40,000 bases of DNA, from positions 10,508 through 50,507 of the forward strand of contig JANQKP010000009.1 in assembly GCA_028281045.1 (NCBI GenBank), written 5' to 3'. Position numbers and translations under genes: made by a program. The notes below the pieces were generated by a model. The model ran no database searches. It was given only the letters and a program-made list of their open reading frames with translations, and had not been told where the DNA came from. This stretch comes from Candidatus Altimarinota bacterium. Its GTDB lineage: Bacteria; Patescibacteriota; Gracilibacteria; UM-FILTER-43-11. Shown here in pieces: positions 1 through 8,652 of this stretch. Positions within the stretch are counted from its first letter, which is position 1; the number at the start of each line of letters is the position of its first letter.

Positions 1-4
1 TAAA

Positions 5-1120
5 ATGGAAATTCTAAAAGAAAATTACAGAAACTTTATGCAAGACCGTGAGTTTAGTCACGGACTGTTTGTATACGAAAACGGTGGACTGGAAAACGCT
101 GATGCTGGATTAGATCAGCAAGCAGAAGCTCCGGAAGCAGATGCAAATGCGGCAGAAACCCCACTAACTGAAGCGGATTTTACTCAGCATAAAACTGAAT
201 TTGATACCGCAGTAAATGAGCTTAAAACTTCAAACCCAGATGCCCATAGTGAACATGAGGCAAGTTATACGCAGGAATACAATAGAATTAAAGAGCAGTA
301 TACGGACGATAAAGATCTTATTCCAAGAGGTGATGCCCTAAAGCAAGCCGATGCAGAGATCGATGCTCTTATTGCTACAGTGACTGCTGGAGAGGCAGTG
401 CCAGAGATCACAGAACCTCTTCCAAGCCCTGAAGCTGCTGTTGCTGCAGTAGAAGCAGCCGCTCAAGAAGGTGGAATAGAAGGAGCCAAGGCAAAAGTAG
501 ACGAAATCCTTGAAGAAGCTGGAATGAAAGAAACCCTTCTGGCCCTTAAAGGGCTTTGGGACGCTTTCCAAGTCGCCCGAGATAAAGGAGATTGGGACAC
601 CTTTGGTGAAATCCTAGAAGATTTTAATGCAGCCAATGGTGATCTAGAGCAAATTCAAAACGGATTTAATACTAGTAATGAATACTATAAGGCTTGGACA
701 CCTGCTGAGGGAACTACAGCGCTTCAAATTGCAGCTACTTACGCTAAACCGCGTGGTAAAGCCGCAGATGCTGTACTTGGACTAGAGGGGCTGAACACTA
801 AAAAAGATGATCCAAGTATGAGATACCGTATTCAAGCCCTTGCACCGCTCGGAACAGCTCTTGCGACGCAAGTAGAAGGACTTGAGAGCGTAACTAATGT
901 TACTGCTGCAGAAGGAAATACATTTGATATCGACGGAATTAAAACCGGAGGACAAGTGGTTAAATACCGTATTTTCACCGACACAGATGGAATCATTAAG
1001 AAACAAGAACTGCTTAAGCCAAGAAATGGTTCGGAGCAGCCTAGCTGGAGTAATGCTGCGGCTCTTAATGAGCAAACCAAAGATGAAAGACCGGAAGTCA
1101 CTCCAGAGTCCAACCAATAA
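5..1120 (+). CDS. hypothetical acidic Ala/Glu-rich soluble protein (371 aa), no recognisable family
   Basis: Long uninterrupted ORF. Its ATG at 5 lies 1 nt after a TAA at 1-3, so it probably continues an operon from beyond the left edge. Its stop is 3 nt before the next ATG. No TM segment, signal peptide or catalytic motif seen. Confidence 0.6.
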   Translation: MEILKENYRNFMQDREFSHGLFVYENGGLENADAGLDQQAEAPEADANAAETPLTEADFTQHKTEFDTAVNELKTSNPDAHSEHEASYTQEYNRIKEQYTDDKDLIPRGDALKQADAEIDALIATVTAGEAVPEITEPLPSPEAAVAAVEAAAQEGGIEGAKAKVDEILEEAGMKETLLALKGLWDAFQVARDKGDWDTFGEILEDFNAANGDLEQIQNGFNTSNEYYKAWTPAEGTTALQIAATYAKPRGKAADAVLGLEGLNTKKDDPSMRYRIQALAPLGTALATQVEGLESVTNVTAAEGNTFDIDGIKTGGQVVKYRIFTDTDGIIKKQELLKPRNGSEQPSWSNAAALNEQTKDERPEVTPESNQ

Positions 1121-1123
1121 GAT

Positions 1124-2155
1124 ATGGCCCTACAAAAAGGAACATCATCGAATTCAAACTTAGATATATTTTCTGGAATCAAAAGTACTGCAGATAATCT
1201 TTCTGAACTCAGAGAAGGAATTGATGTAACCCAAGGTAAATTTGAGGCCGCTCTTAAAGCAGGAAAAGAAATTAAAGAAGGAGTAAATACCCTTAAAAAC
1301 AAAATAACTGAACTCACTCCAGAGCAAGCAAAGGAGGTTGTTAAACAAGCAGGTTTAATAGCCACTCCTTTTGTATTAAAGGAGCTTGGATTCGATGTAA
1401 AAACCCTCTTCGATGAAGAAGAAACTGTAGTGGCTACTCAACCACAGAAAAAGGCTGAAACTGCTGCGCCAGTAGCTGAAGCAACCCCACTAGAAACAGT
1501 GCGTGAAGTGGAAACTCAAATTCAACTTGCCGCCCTGCCAAAAGAACAAAAGCAAAATGCTGAAGCTTTTGAAATGGGAATTAACGATACAGAAAGTAGT
1601 ATTAATAAATATAAGTCTCCTGCCTCACTAGTACAATTCAAAGCTATGTCAGCAGGAAGATGGAATACCCTAGGTGTTCCTGAAAAATTACAAAATGCAG
1701 AAGCAGATGCTCTATTTAAAGAAGGAGTTCCTACTGACTTTGAGGATTTTAAAGCTTACTTAGATGAAACAGGGGTAAATGCTGAAATGCTAAAAAGATG
1801 TGCCCTTGGAGAATTCCAGGTGATTCCAATGTATCATTTTGAAAAAATTGGATTAAATCCAGACAGCCTTGAGGACCTTCATCAATATCTGATGAACCCG
1901 GCTATGCAAGCCCAAATGATGAGAGCACTTACCCTTGAATACGGACAAGCCCTAAATTGGGACTACAAGGCTATGATGGTAATGCACTATGCAGGATTAG
2001 ATGACGCAGAGCTATACCAAAAGAATCCTGATGCGGAAAAATTAAAACAAGTAGCTCCCCACGGATACGATGATATTTTGACCTACGTTAAAAAGGCCTC
2101 AAGAAATATGAAGAAAAGAGGTGGCAACCCAGAAGCACCTACTTTAGGTGCCTAA
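1124..2155 (+). CDS. hypothetical protein (343 aa) with a possible C-terminal lytic-transglycosylase-like (SLT-like) region
   Basis: Tightly packed behind the previous ORF. The C-terminal third carries GEFQVIP ... LMNPAMQAQMMRALTLEY ... MHYAGLDD. This loosely parallels the SLT motif order GLMQ ... DPxxNI..G..YL ... AYNxG. Weak, by-eye similarity only. Confidence 0.55.
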   Translation: MALQKGTSSNSNLDIFSGIKSTADNLSELREGIDVTQGKFEAALKAGKEIKEGVNTLKNKITELTPEQAKEVVKQAGLIATPFVLKELGFDVKTLFDEEETVVATQPQKKAETAAPVAEATPLETVREVETQIQLAALPKEQKQNAEAFEMGINDTESSINKYKSPASLVQFKAMSAGRWNTLGVPEKLQNAEADALFKEGVPTDFEDFKAYLDETGVNAEMLKRCALGEFQVIPMYHFEKIGLNPDSLEDLHQYLMNPAMQAQMMRALTLEYGQALNWDYKAMMVMHYAGLDDAELYQKNPDAEKLKQVAPHGYDDILTYVKKASRNMKKRGGNPEAPTLGA

Positions 2156-3321
2156 ACAATTTTCGCAAAACGACGTTTTCCAACTTTAACGATCATGTCT
2201 TTTTTGACGTCTATTTCTGCATCAATTGCTTCCACTTTTTCATCATCGATCTTAACACCACCTTGTTCAATGGCGCGGCGTGCCTCACTGCGAGACTCAA
2301 CAAGCTTACACTGATCTAATAGATCAATGATATTTGTTTTACCTGAGATCTTAAACTCTGGAATATCGTCTGGAATACCACCACCTTTAAACACGTTTCC
2401 AAACTCTGCATCGGCTTTTTTAGCCTCTTCTTCGCTGTGATACATCGTCACAATTTCACGCGCTAAAGCGGCCTTAATATCTCTTGGGTTTTCTCCTGCT
2501 TTCATCTGCTTGTCGTATTCATCAATCTGTTTCATATCGACATCGGTACAGTAAATGAAGTACTTAAGAATAAGGTCATCACTCATAGACATAATTTTTC
2601 CAAACATGTCTGAAGGTTTATCTGCAATATTCACCGTATTGTTGTAGGTTTTACTCATTTTACGCCCATCGGTTCCTTCAATAAGAGGCGTAGTGAGCAC
2701 ATGTTTCTCTAGTTGTTTGTATTCTTGAAGTAGGTGGCGCCCTGCGAGCATGTTAAACAGCTGATCGGTTCCTCCAATCTCAAGATCCACTTCTAAATGC
2801 ACAGAGTCATACCCTTGCATGAGTGGATAGAAGAATTCATGAAGCCCAATGGGCTTATTTTCTTTCATACGCTGCTGGTACATGTCTCTTTCTAGCATTT
2901 GTTGCACCGTAAATTTACCAGCCAGCTCTACTACGTTTTTAAAGGTTAAGTTTCCAAGCCAGTCGGCGTTGTAAACGATTTCTGCTTTAGAAAAATCGAT
3001 GATCTTACTCGCCTGCTCTTGGTATTTTTTGAAGTTATCTTCAATTTGCTCCTGCGTCAGGGGCTGGCGCATAGCGGTTTTATCCGTAGGGTCTCCAATC
3101 ATGGCTGTAAACGAACCAATGAGGAAAATCACATGATGCCCAGCATTCTGGAAGTCACGCAATTTACGAAGCGGCACTGTATGACCCAGATGAATTTCAG
3201 TTCCTGTAGGATCTACTCCAAAATAAACACGCAGCTTCTTTCCGCCGTCTACTTTTTCTTTAAGACCCTTCTTAGGAACAATAGAGTCTACACCTCTGGT
3301 GAGCATTTGATCTGTAGTCAT
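2152..3321 (-). CDS. tyrS: tyrosine--tRNA ligase
   Basis: Class I HIGH motif (HLGHTVPL), KMSKS motif (KMSKT), and a C-terminal S4-like RNA-binding domain (SRSEARRAIEQGGVKIDDEKV). I prefer the ATG at 3321 (MTTDQML) over the TTG at 3357 used by the ORF track. Confidence 0.93.
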   Translation of the reverse strand: MTTDQMLTRGVDSIVPKKGLKEKVDGGKKLRVYFGVDPTGTEIHLGHTVPLRKLRDFQNAGHHVIFLIGSFTAMIGDPTDKTAMRQPLTQEQIEDNFKKYQEQASKIIDFSKAEIVYNADWLGNLTFKNVVELAGKFTVQQMLERDMYQQRMKENKPIGLHEFFYPLMQGYDSVHLEVDLEIGGTDQLFNMLAGRHLLQEYKQLEKHVLTTPLIEGTDGRKMSKTYNNTVNIADKPSDMFGKIMSMSDDLILKYFIYCTDVDMKQIDEYDKQMKAGENPRDIKAALAREIVTMYHSEEEAKKADAEFGNVFKGGGIPDDIPEFKISGKTNIIDLLDQCKLVESRSEARRAIEQGGVKIDDEKVEAIDAEIDVKKDMIVKVGKRRFAKIV

Positions 3322-3364
3322 CGTTAAAAGTATAGAGAAAGGACTGCCTGCCTTCAACTCTAAA

Positions 3365-4240
3365 CTATTTTTTCTTTCCGTTTTCTACTTTTTCTCCCCA
3401 ATGCAGTTTTTCACGTAGGGTTTGGAAGAAAGATTCATTTGGAAGCCGTATAAAGGTAATGGTCTCCCCCTTTCTTATTCTAATCTTGTCTTTGTATTTC
3501 ACATTGCAAGACTCTTGCCCATCTACGGTTAGGTTCATGAATTTGTAATCGGTTTCCACAGTAATATCTATACGTTTATCGTCTGGAACCACAATAGGCT
3601 TTTGGGTGAAACTGTGTGGCGCAATAGGCGTTAAAATAAACGCCGGAAGACTTGGGTATACAATAGGTCCACCAGCCGAAAGAGAATAAGCCGTAGACCC
3701 TGTTGGCGTAGCAATAATAAGGCCATCCGCATGATATGTGGTCAGCTTTCTATCGTTTACTTTGGTGCGAAGTGAAATCAAACGCGCTAAGGTTCCCTGA
3801 GCAACTACACATTCATTTAAGGCATGGAATTTTTTATATAGTTTTCCATTCCGGTGCACTTCGACGTGCAACATGATCCGCTGATCTTCTTTGTATTCGT
3901 CATGGAAAATTCTTTTTAGGGTCTGATTGATTTTCACTGGAGGAATTTCAGAAAGAAAACCAAGGGTTCCCATATTAATTCCAAAGAATTTGGTATTGAA
4001 GTTGCGGGTTTGGCGTACCACAGAAAGAATGGTTCCATCTCCCCCCATCACAAGCACAAGATCTACAGAAGTTTTTCCACGAATGAACTCCTTATACCTT
4101 CTGCGTCCAATAACTTTAGCCACATGCTTTTCCATGTGCACTTCTTTTCCTTCTTTTTCCAAAAATTCAATCACACGAGAGATCACTTTTGAGTATTTTT
4201 CACACTGACTACGTTTTGAAGCTATTCCAATTCGTTTCAT
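3365..4240 (-). CDS. nadK: NAD(+) kinase
   Basis: GGDGTIL motif, NECV, and [17 protein letters not shown], typical of the PpnK/NadK family. Abuts the upstream glycosyltransferase stop with zero gap. Confidence 0.9.
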   Translation of the reverse strand: MKRIGIASKRSQCEKYSKVISRVIEFLEKEGKEVHMEKHVAKVIGRRRYKEFIRGKTSVDLVLVMGGDGTILSVVRQTRNFNTKFFGINMGTLGFLSEIPPVKINQTLKRIFHDEYKEDQRIMLHVEVHRNGKLYKKFHALNECVVAQGTLARLISLRTKVNDRKLTTYHADGLIIATPTGSTAYSLSAGGPIVYPSLPAFILTPIAPHSFTQKPIVVPDDKRIDITVETDYKFMNLTVDGQESCNVKYKDKIRIRKGETITFIRLPNESFFQTLREKLHWGEKVENGKKK

Positions 4241-5356
4241 TTAACCTTTATTAATAGTGTCTATAATCATGGTAGCGGTTTTACCCCAACTGAAGTTCTT
4301 CACTTGTTGAAATCCTTTTTCTCTGAGCTGTCTCCGGTACTCTTCTCCATCTAAAAGCTGAGTAAGGCCATCGGCAATGTCTACAGAGTCATGCGGATCT
4401 ACATAATGCACTGCATCTACTCCAAGTTCTGGAATAGAGCTCACGCGTGAAGCAAGTACTGGCACCCCACATTGCATGGCTTCAAGGACTGGAAGCCCAA
4501 AACCTTCGTAGAATGAAGGGAATAAAAAGACTCTAGCACCTTGCATAAGGGTTGCTAGATCTTCATCTGGAATATATTCTAAGAATTTAACGCGACCGGT
4601 GAGTTTAAACTTTTTCACAGCCTGGAAAATCTTTTTGTAGTACCATCCTTTTTTACCGGCAATCACAAAGCGGTAACGCTGTTGATTAAACGGTGAAATC
4701 ATAGAGTAAGCCTCAAGCGCTCCAATGTAATTTTTACGTGGCTCAAGGGTTCCCGCCATCATAATATAATCTGGATCTAGGTTATAGCGGCGTTGCACTT
4801 CTACAATTTTATTAGTATCGCGATCTCTATTAAATACATCCCGAATTCCTGCATGTACCACCACGGCCTTAGTACTAAGTTGAAAATCTGGATAACGTTC
4901 GATTAAATCTTTTTTAGTGTATTCAGAAACAGTAAACACCCACTTACTTTTTTTAGCCGCGGCTCTTAGGGTCATGCGCTCAATAAAGGTCGCTTTCTTT
5001 TGGTGCTTGGCGGGCGATTTAAAGGCCACCAGGTCATGCACCACAAGACCTACATTGATTTTTTCAGGGTCATGTAAAAACGGAACAATGTAAGACTCTG
5101 TTGCCATTAAAACATCAATCTTGTTTTTAATGAGAGATTTATAAAAATGAATGTGCCAAAACAGCCCCTTTCCCCACACGTTCACGACGTGAACATTAGG
5201 AAGGTGTTTATACTTATTACTCCAGTCTTTATTGGTATATAAGTAGTATTCGTTGTCGCGATCGTTATTTAAGATACTTTGGAGCACATTGGCGGTCCAG
5301 ATACCTTTTCCCCCACGTGCGCCATCAATCCCCCTGATGTCGAATGCGATTTTCAT
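4241..5356 (-). CDS. glycosyltransferase, family 4 (GT-B fold)
   Basis: C-terminal EGFGLPVLEAMQCGVPVLAS signature (E-x7-E type) of GT4/GT1 retaining glycosyltransferases. First gene of a GT4-nadK-tyrS minus-strand operon. Confidence 0.85.
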   Translation of the reverse strand: MKIAFDIRGIDGARGGKGIWTANVLQSILNNDRDNEYYLYTNKDWSNKYKHLPNVHVVNVWGKGLFWHIHFYKSLIKNKIDVLMATESYIVPFLHDPEKINVGLVVHDLVAFKSPAKHQKKATFIERMTLRAAAKKSKWVFTVSEYTKKDLIERYPDFQLSTKAVVVHAGIRDVFNRDRDTNKIVEVQRRYNLDPDYIMMAGTLEPRKNYIGALEAYSMISPFNQQRYRFVIAGKKGWYYKKIFQAVKKFKLTGRVKFLEYIPDEDLATLMQGARVFLFPSFYEGFGLPVLEAMQCGVPVLASRVSSIPELGVDAVHYVDPHDSVDIADGLTQLLDGEEYRRQLREKGFQQVKNFSWGKTATMIIDTINKG

Positions 5357-5476
5357 AAGTGCAAATTGCCCGCTTAGTGTACACCAAAAATAAAAAATCT
5401 ACTACTACCGCTGTTTGCTTTTGCGAGCGCCTAAATTGTGATAGAGTATTTTTAGTAAATAACGAATAAAAATAAA

Positions 5477-6334
5477 ATGAAATTACACCGCGTTAAACAC
5501 ACCATTAAAAGACTAAGCCCAGAAGAAAGAGTGGCCGGAGCTGGAGCGCTTCTTGTGCTACTTGGTTCTTTTTTCCCATGGTACTCAGTAGTCTTCAATT
5601 ACGATAAAGATCCTATTATTGAAAATGGATTCACCGGTGACCTTGGGGTGATTGGTTTTGTGGCCTTTTTACTGGCTCTATTTGCCCTGATTAACCTAGC
5701 CAGTGAGAACCTGCACATCAAACTCCCTAGCTTTGGATATACCAAAGAGCAGATCATGATGTTCTTTATGGGAGAATCTGCTTTCCTGATTCTTTTACTG
5801 ATCGCGGTATACACCAAGCGTTCTTTTGATTTCACTAATGCTAGCCTGCGCTTTGGAATCTGGATGGCTCTGATTGGAGCTTTAGTTGGAACCTTTGCGG
5901 CTTACGCCCAAGTGCAGAAGAAAAACCAGAAGAATGTAGAAGCCTTCTTCGATCATGCAGAAGAGGAAGAGGCGACAGAAGAGGCCGAAGACGACGATGG
6001 TGAAATGTCTTTCCGCCAAAAGATGGAAATGGAAGCTCAAAAGAATCAAGAAGAAGAGATTGAAGCTGCTGCAGAACAAACCGAGCTTGCAGACTTTGTG
6101 GATAACGATGAAGATGAAGCTGAAATCATGGTAGAAGAAACTGAAGTTACTCTTGAAGTAGAAGAAGAACCTCTAGAAGCAGACAGCTCTCAGAGCGACT
6201 TCTTTAAAAAAGAAGCTGGAGTGAGCCAAGAGGAAGAAACCATGGAAGAGGCGGACGAAGAAGAAAATAACAAGACTAAAGACAAGGGAATCGATGCCAT
6301 CAGCATGGATTTCTATGATGATGAAGAAGAATAG
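5477..6334 (+). CDS. membrane protein (about 4 TM helices) with a long acidic Glu/Asp-rich C-terminal tail
   Basis: Four hydrophobic stretches in residues about 20-150, followed by about 130 aa of E/D-rich low complexity. No family recognised. Confidence 0.6.
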   Translation: MKLHRVKHTIKRLSPEERVAGAGALLVLLGSFFPWYSVVFNYDKDPIIENGFTGDLGVIGFVAFLLALFALINLASENLHIKLPSFGYTKEQIMMFFMGESAFLILLLIAVYTKRSFDFTNASLRFGIWMALIGALVGTFAAYAQVQKKNQKNVEAFFDHAEEEEATEEAEDDDGEMSFRQKMEMEAQKNQEEEIEAAAEQTELADFVDNDEDEAEIMVEETEVTLEVEEEPLEADSSQSDFFKKEAGVSQEEETMEEADEEENNKTKDKGIDAISMDFYDDEEE

Positions 6335-6344
6335 TAAAAAAGAT

Positions 6345-6372
6345 TTGCAAAATAATTTAACCTGTCTAAAAT
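6345..6372 (+). promoter_or_regulatory. sigma70-like promoter: TTGCAA, 16-nt spacer, TAAAAT
   Basis: -35 at 6345-6350 and -10 at 6367-6372. The ATG at 6382 follows 9 nt after the -10, implying a leaderless or near-leaderless mRNA. Confidence 0.6.
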
Positions 6373-6381
6373 AGATCTCCT

Positions 6382-6717
6382 ATGGCAGATGAGATTTCTT
6401 ACAATGCATCGGACGATATAAACCCTGGTGAACCTCAAAAGGTTGATAAGGATTACATCGAGATCATCGAGTCTAATGTCGATGATAAAGACCCTAAGAT
6501 CTTCTCAGATCAAGGAGTAAGTGCAGACCTATATTATTACAGTCCAGAACATAAAAAGATTGTATGGCAGGTCAAAAGACAAGGTAAGAAATTAAAATTC
6601 ACTTCTGCCGAAGAAGACTCTAAAGGTTCTGCCCTTGTATGGGGCACCCAAAGGTCTCTACAAAGCTTCTACAAATTACAAGACGAAGACTTTGTAAATC
6701 CAAAAGAACAAAAATAA
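6382..6717 (+). CDS. hypothetical small acidic protein (111 aa)
   Basis: ORF directly served by the promoter at 6345-6372. No recognisable motifs. Confidence 0.55.
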   Translation: MADEISYNASDDINPGEPQKVDKDYIEIIESNVDDKDPKIFSDQGVSADLYYYSPEHKKIVWQVKRQGKKLKFTSAEEDSKGSALVWGTQRSLQSFYKLQDEDFVNPKEQK

Positions 6718-6752
6718 AAACAAGTTTAATTCCTTAATTCTTAGTTAATACT

Positions 6753-7304
6753 ATGAAAAAACTTGCTTTTGTTTTAATTCTTACCCTTTCTATGACAGTG
6801 CTTAGCGGATGTAAAGACCGTGAAGCGCGTTTTAATCCTGACAATGACACTTCAGTGACTATTGAAGTGATTGAAGATGGAGACACCGCTATTGAACCTA
6901 TGGTGATTGGAGACGATAAAGGTCCAGACCTAGCCTTCACCGGGATCGATGGAGATAAAATGGAAACCAATGTGGGTTACCATGTGATTCGTGGAACCGC
7001 TCCACGTGCCACCAGTAAAGTAATGGTGAATGACTACACGCTTAAAAAATATCTTCCAGGGCAAACCAGCTGGAGCTACATCACTAGCGAAAGCCTAGGA
7101 ACTCTTCAAGAAGGTAAAAATAAGTACGTGGTAAAAGCGATTGATGCTGAAGGAAACACTATTCAAAGTGAAACGCTTAAAATCACTTACACCAAGACTT
7201 CTGCTCCAGAACTACCAGACGTAGGAACTCCGCTTGCGGCGAACCTTTTAATCAGCCTTGCTGGAGCTTCAATTTACGCCATCAAACGTAAGAAAATTGC
7301 GTAA
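6753..7304 (+). CDS. predicted surface protein with an N-terminal lipobox and a C-terminal LPxTG-like sorting signal
   Basis: N-terminus MKKLAFVLILTLSMTVLSGC is a signal peptide with an L-S-G-C lipobox. The C-terminus is LPDVG, then a hydrophobic helix (LAANLLISLAGASIYAI), then KRKKIA, matching the tripartite sortase cell-wall sorting architecture. Confidence 0.65.
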   Translation: MKKLAFVLILTLSMTVLSGCKDREARFNPDNDTSVTIEVIEDGDTAIEPMVIGDDKGPDLAFTGIDGDKMETNVGYHVIRGTAPRATSKVMVNDYTLKKYLPGQTSWSYITSESLGTLQEGKNKYVVKAIDAEGNTIQSETLKITYTKTSAPELPDVGTPLAANLLISLAGASIYAIKRKKIA

Positions 7305-7331
7305 AAGAAATCTAAATTTGAAATTTGTAAA

Positions 7332-7362
7332 GCTCTTTATTTGGCTTAAATAAAGGGCTTTT
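7332..7362 (+). terminator. rho-independent terminator
   Basis: An 11-bp stem (gctctttattt / aaataaagggc, one G-U pair), a 5-nt loop (ggctt), then a TTTT run. Lies 28 nt after the stop at 7304. Confidence 0.7.
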
Positions 7363-7371
7363 CTATTGTTA

Positions 7372-7387
7372 GTGAATTTTTGTTCAC
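7372..7387. promoter_or_regulatory. operator copy 1, GTGAATTTTTGTTCAC (LexA/Cheo-box-like palindrome)
   Basis: Inverted arms GTGAA/TTCAC with a 6-nt spacer. The core GAAT-N4-GTTC is one mismatch from the Gram-positive SOS box GAAC-N4-GTTC. An identical 16-mer recurs 30 nt downstream. Confidence 0.7.
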
Positions 7388-7394
7388 TTTATTA

Positions 7395-7423
7395 TTGACA
7401 GGTGAATTTTTGTTCACTATACT
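7395..7423 (+). promoter_or_regulatory. recA promoter (TTGACA, 17 nt, TATACT) with operator copy 2 filling the spacer
   Basis: -35 TTGACA at 7395-7400 and -10 TATACT at 7418-7423. The second GTGAATTTTTGTTCAC copy occupies 7402-7417, exactly between the two hexamers. Confidence 0.8.
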
Positions 7424-7466
7424 GGATTCATCAACAAAAAAAATTAACTTTTAACAAATACATAAT

Positions 7467-8504
7467 ATGAGTAAAAAAGATGATGCTATCAAAAATGCCT
7501 TAGCTCAAATTGAAAAACAATTTGGACAAGGTTCTATTATGACTCTTGGTAATGCCAACAAAGCGAAAGTGGAAACCATTCCTACGGGGTCTATTTCTTT
7601 AGACAGTGCGCTTGGTGGAGGAATTCCTAAGGGGCGCATCGTCGAAATTTACGGGCCAGAAAGCTCTGGTAAAACAACTCTAGCACTACATGCTATTGCC
7701 GAAATCCAAAAAGCCGGTGGAACCGCTGCCTTTGTAGATGCGGAGCATGCTCTAGATCCTGAATATGCAAAACGCATTGGGGTAAACACTGAGGATCTAC
7801 TGATTTCTCAACCAGATTACGGGGAACAAGCGCTAGAAATTGTAGAAACTCTTACCCGCTCTGGAGGAATTGATCTTATTGTGGTTGATTCTGTAGCAGC
7901 CCTTACGCCAAAAGCAGAAATTGAAGGGATGATGGGTGATTCTCACATGGGTCTTCAAGCTCGTCTGATGAGCCAAGCCCTTCGTAAATTAACCTCTACT
8001 ATTTCTAAAACAGGGACTACGGTGATCTTCCTCAACCAACTTCGTATGAAGATTGGAGTGATGTTTGGTAACCCTGAAACCACTACTGGTGGAAATGCGC
8101 TTAAATTCTATTCATCGGTACGCATGGATATTCGTCGTACAGACAAGATTGATGCAGGAACCGGTGAAGATCGAGAAGTGACTGGAAACAGAGTGCGCGT
8201 TAAAGTCGTGAAGAATAAGATCGCACCTCCGTTTAAACAAGCTGAATTCGATATCATGTTTAATGAAGGAATTTCACAAGCTGGAGACCTACTAGATACC
8301 GCTGTGAAGAAGAATTTAATCACGAAATCTGGGGCCTTCTACAGCTATAAAGTGACCAAGATTGGCCAAGGACGTGAAAATGCTAAGAATTTCCTCAAAG
8401 ATAATGGAAAAGTCTTCGAAGAAATCAAAGTGGCCCTTCAAAAAGAGCGTGAGTCGTCGGGGGCGCCAGCTCCCGAAGTGAAACAAGCTAAAAAAGCAGC
8501 TTAA
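7467..8504 (+). CDS. recA: recombinase RecA
   Basis: Canonical RecA sequence throughout: Walker [22 protein letters not shown], and the [29 protein letters not shown]2 region. Confidence 0.97.
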   Translation: MSKKDDAIKNALAQIEKQFGQGSIMTLGNANKAKVETIPTGSISLDSALGGGIPKGRIVEIYGPESSGKTTLALHAIAEIQKAGGTAAFVDAEHALDPEYAKRIGVNTEDLLISQPDYGEQALEIVETLTRSGGIDLIVVDSVAALTPKAEIEGMMGDSHMGLQARLMSQALRKLTSTISKTGTTVIFLNQLRMKIGVMFGNPETTTGGNALKFYSSVRMDIRRTDKIDAGTGEDREVTGNRVRVKVVKNKIAPPFKQAEFDIMFNEGISQAGDLLDTAVKKNLITKSGAFYSYKVTKIGQGRENAKNFLKDNGKVFEEIKVALQKERESSGAPAPEVKQAKKAA

Positions 8505-8516
8505 TTATAAGGAAAT

Positions 8517-8566
8517 ACAAAAGGCAAAATGGTCAACTTTAATTTAAGTTTTCCTTTTGCCTTTTC
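8517..8566 (+). terminator. probable rho-independent terminator after recA
   Basis: Stem aaaaggcaaaa (8518-8528) pairs with ttttgcctttt (8554-8564) and is followed by a T-rich tract. The loop is large (about 25 nt) with some internal pairing. Confidence 0.55.
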
Positions 8567-8652
8567 TAGTATGAATTGCTAGGATAAAGTCCCTCCAAAA
8601 GAAAAACCCAAAAACCTAAGAAACCTTTTTAGAGTTTTATTTTAATTTTCGT

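Noticed and set aside
832-1365. 177-aa minus-strand ORF, with similar antisense ORFs at 338-571, 782-1117 and 11096-11545
   Set aside because: These are shadow ORFs opposite GA/GC-rich codon runs of Ala/Glu-rich genes. They give Ser/Leu/Cys-rich nonsense translations, span gene boundaries, and have no promoter.
6097-6105. Perfect DnaA box TGTGGATAA (reverse complement of TTATCCACA)
   Set aside because: It is a single copy inside a coding region. No cluster, AT-rich unwinding element or dnaA gene lies nearby. A lone 9-mer match in 40 kb (both strands) is plausible by chance.
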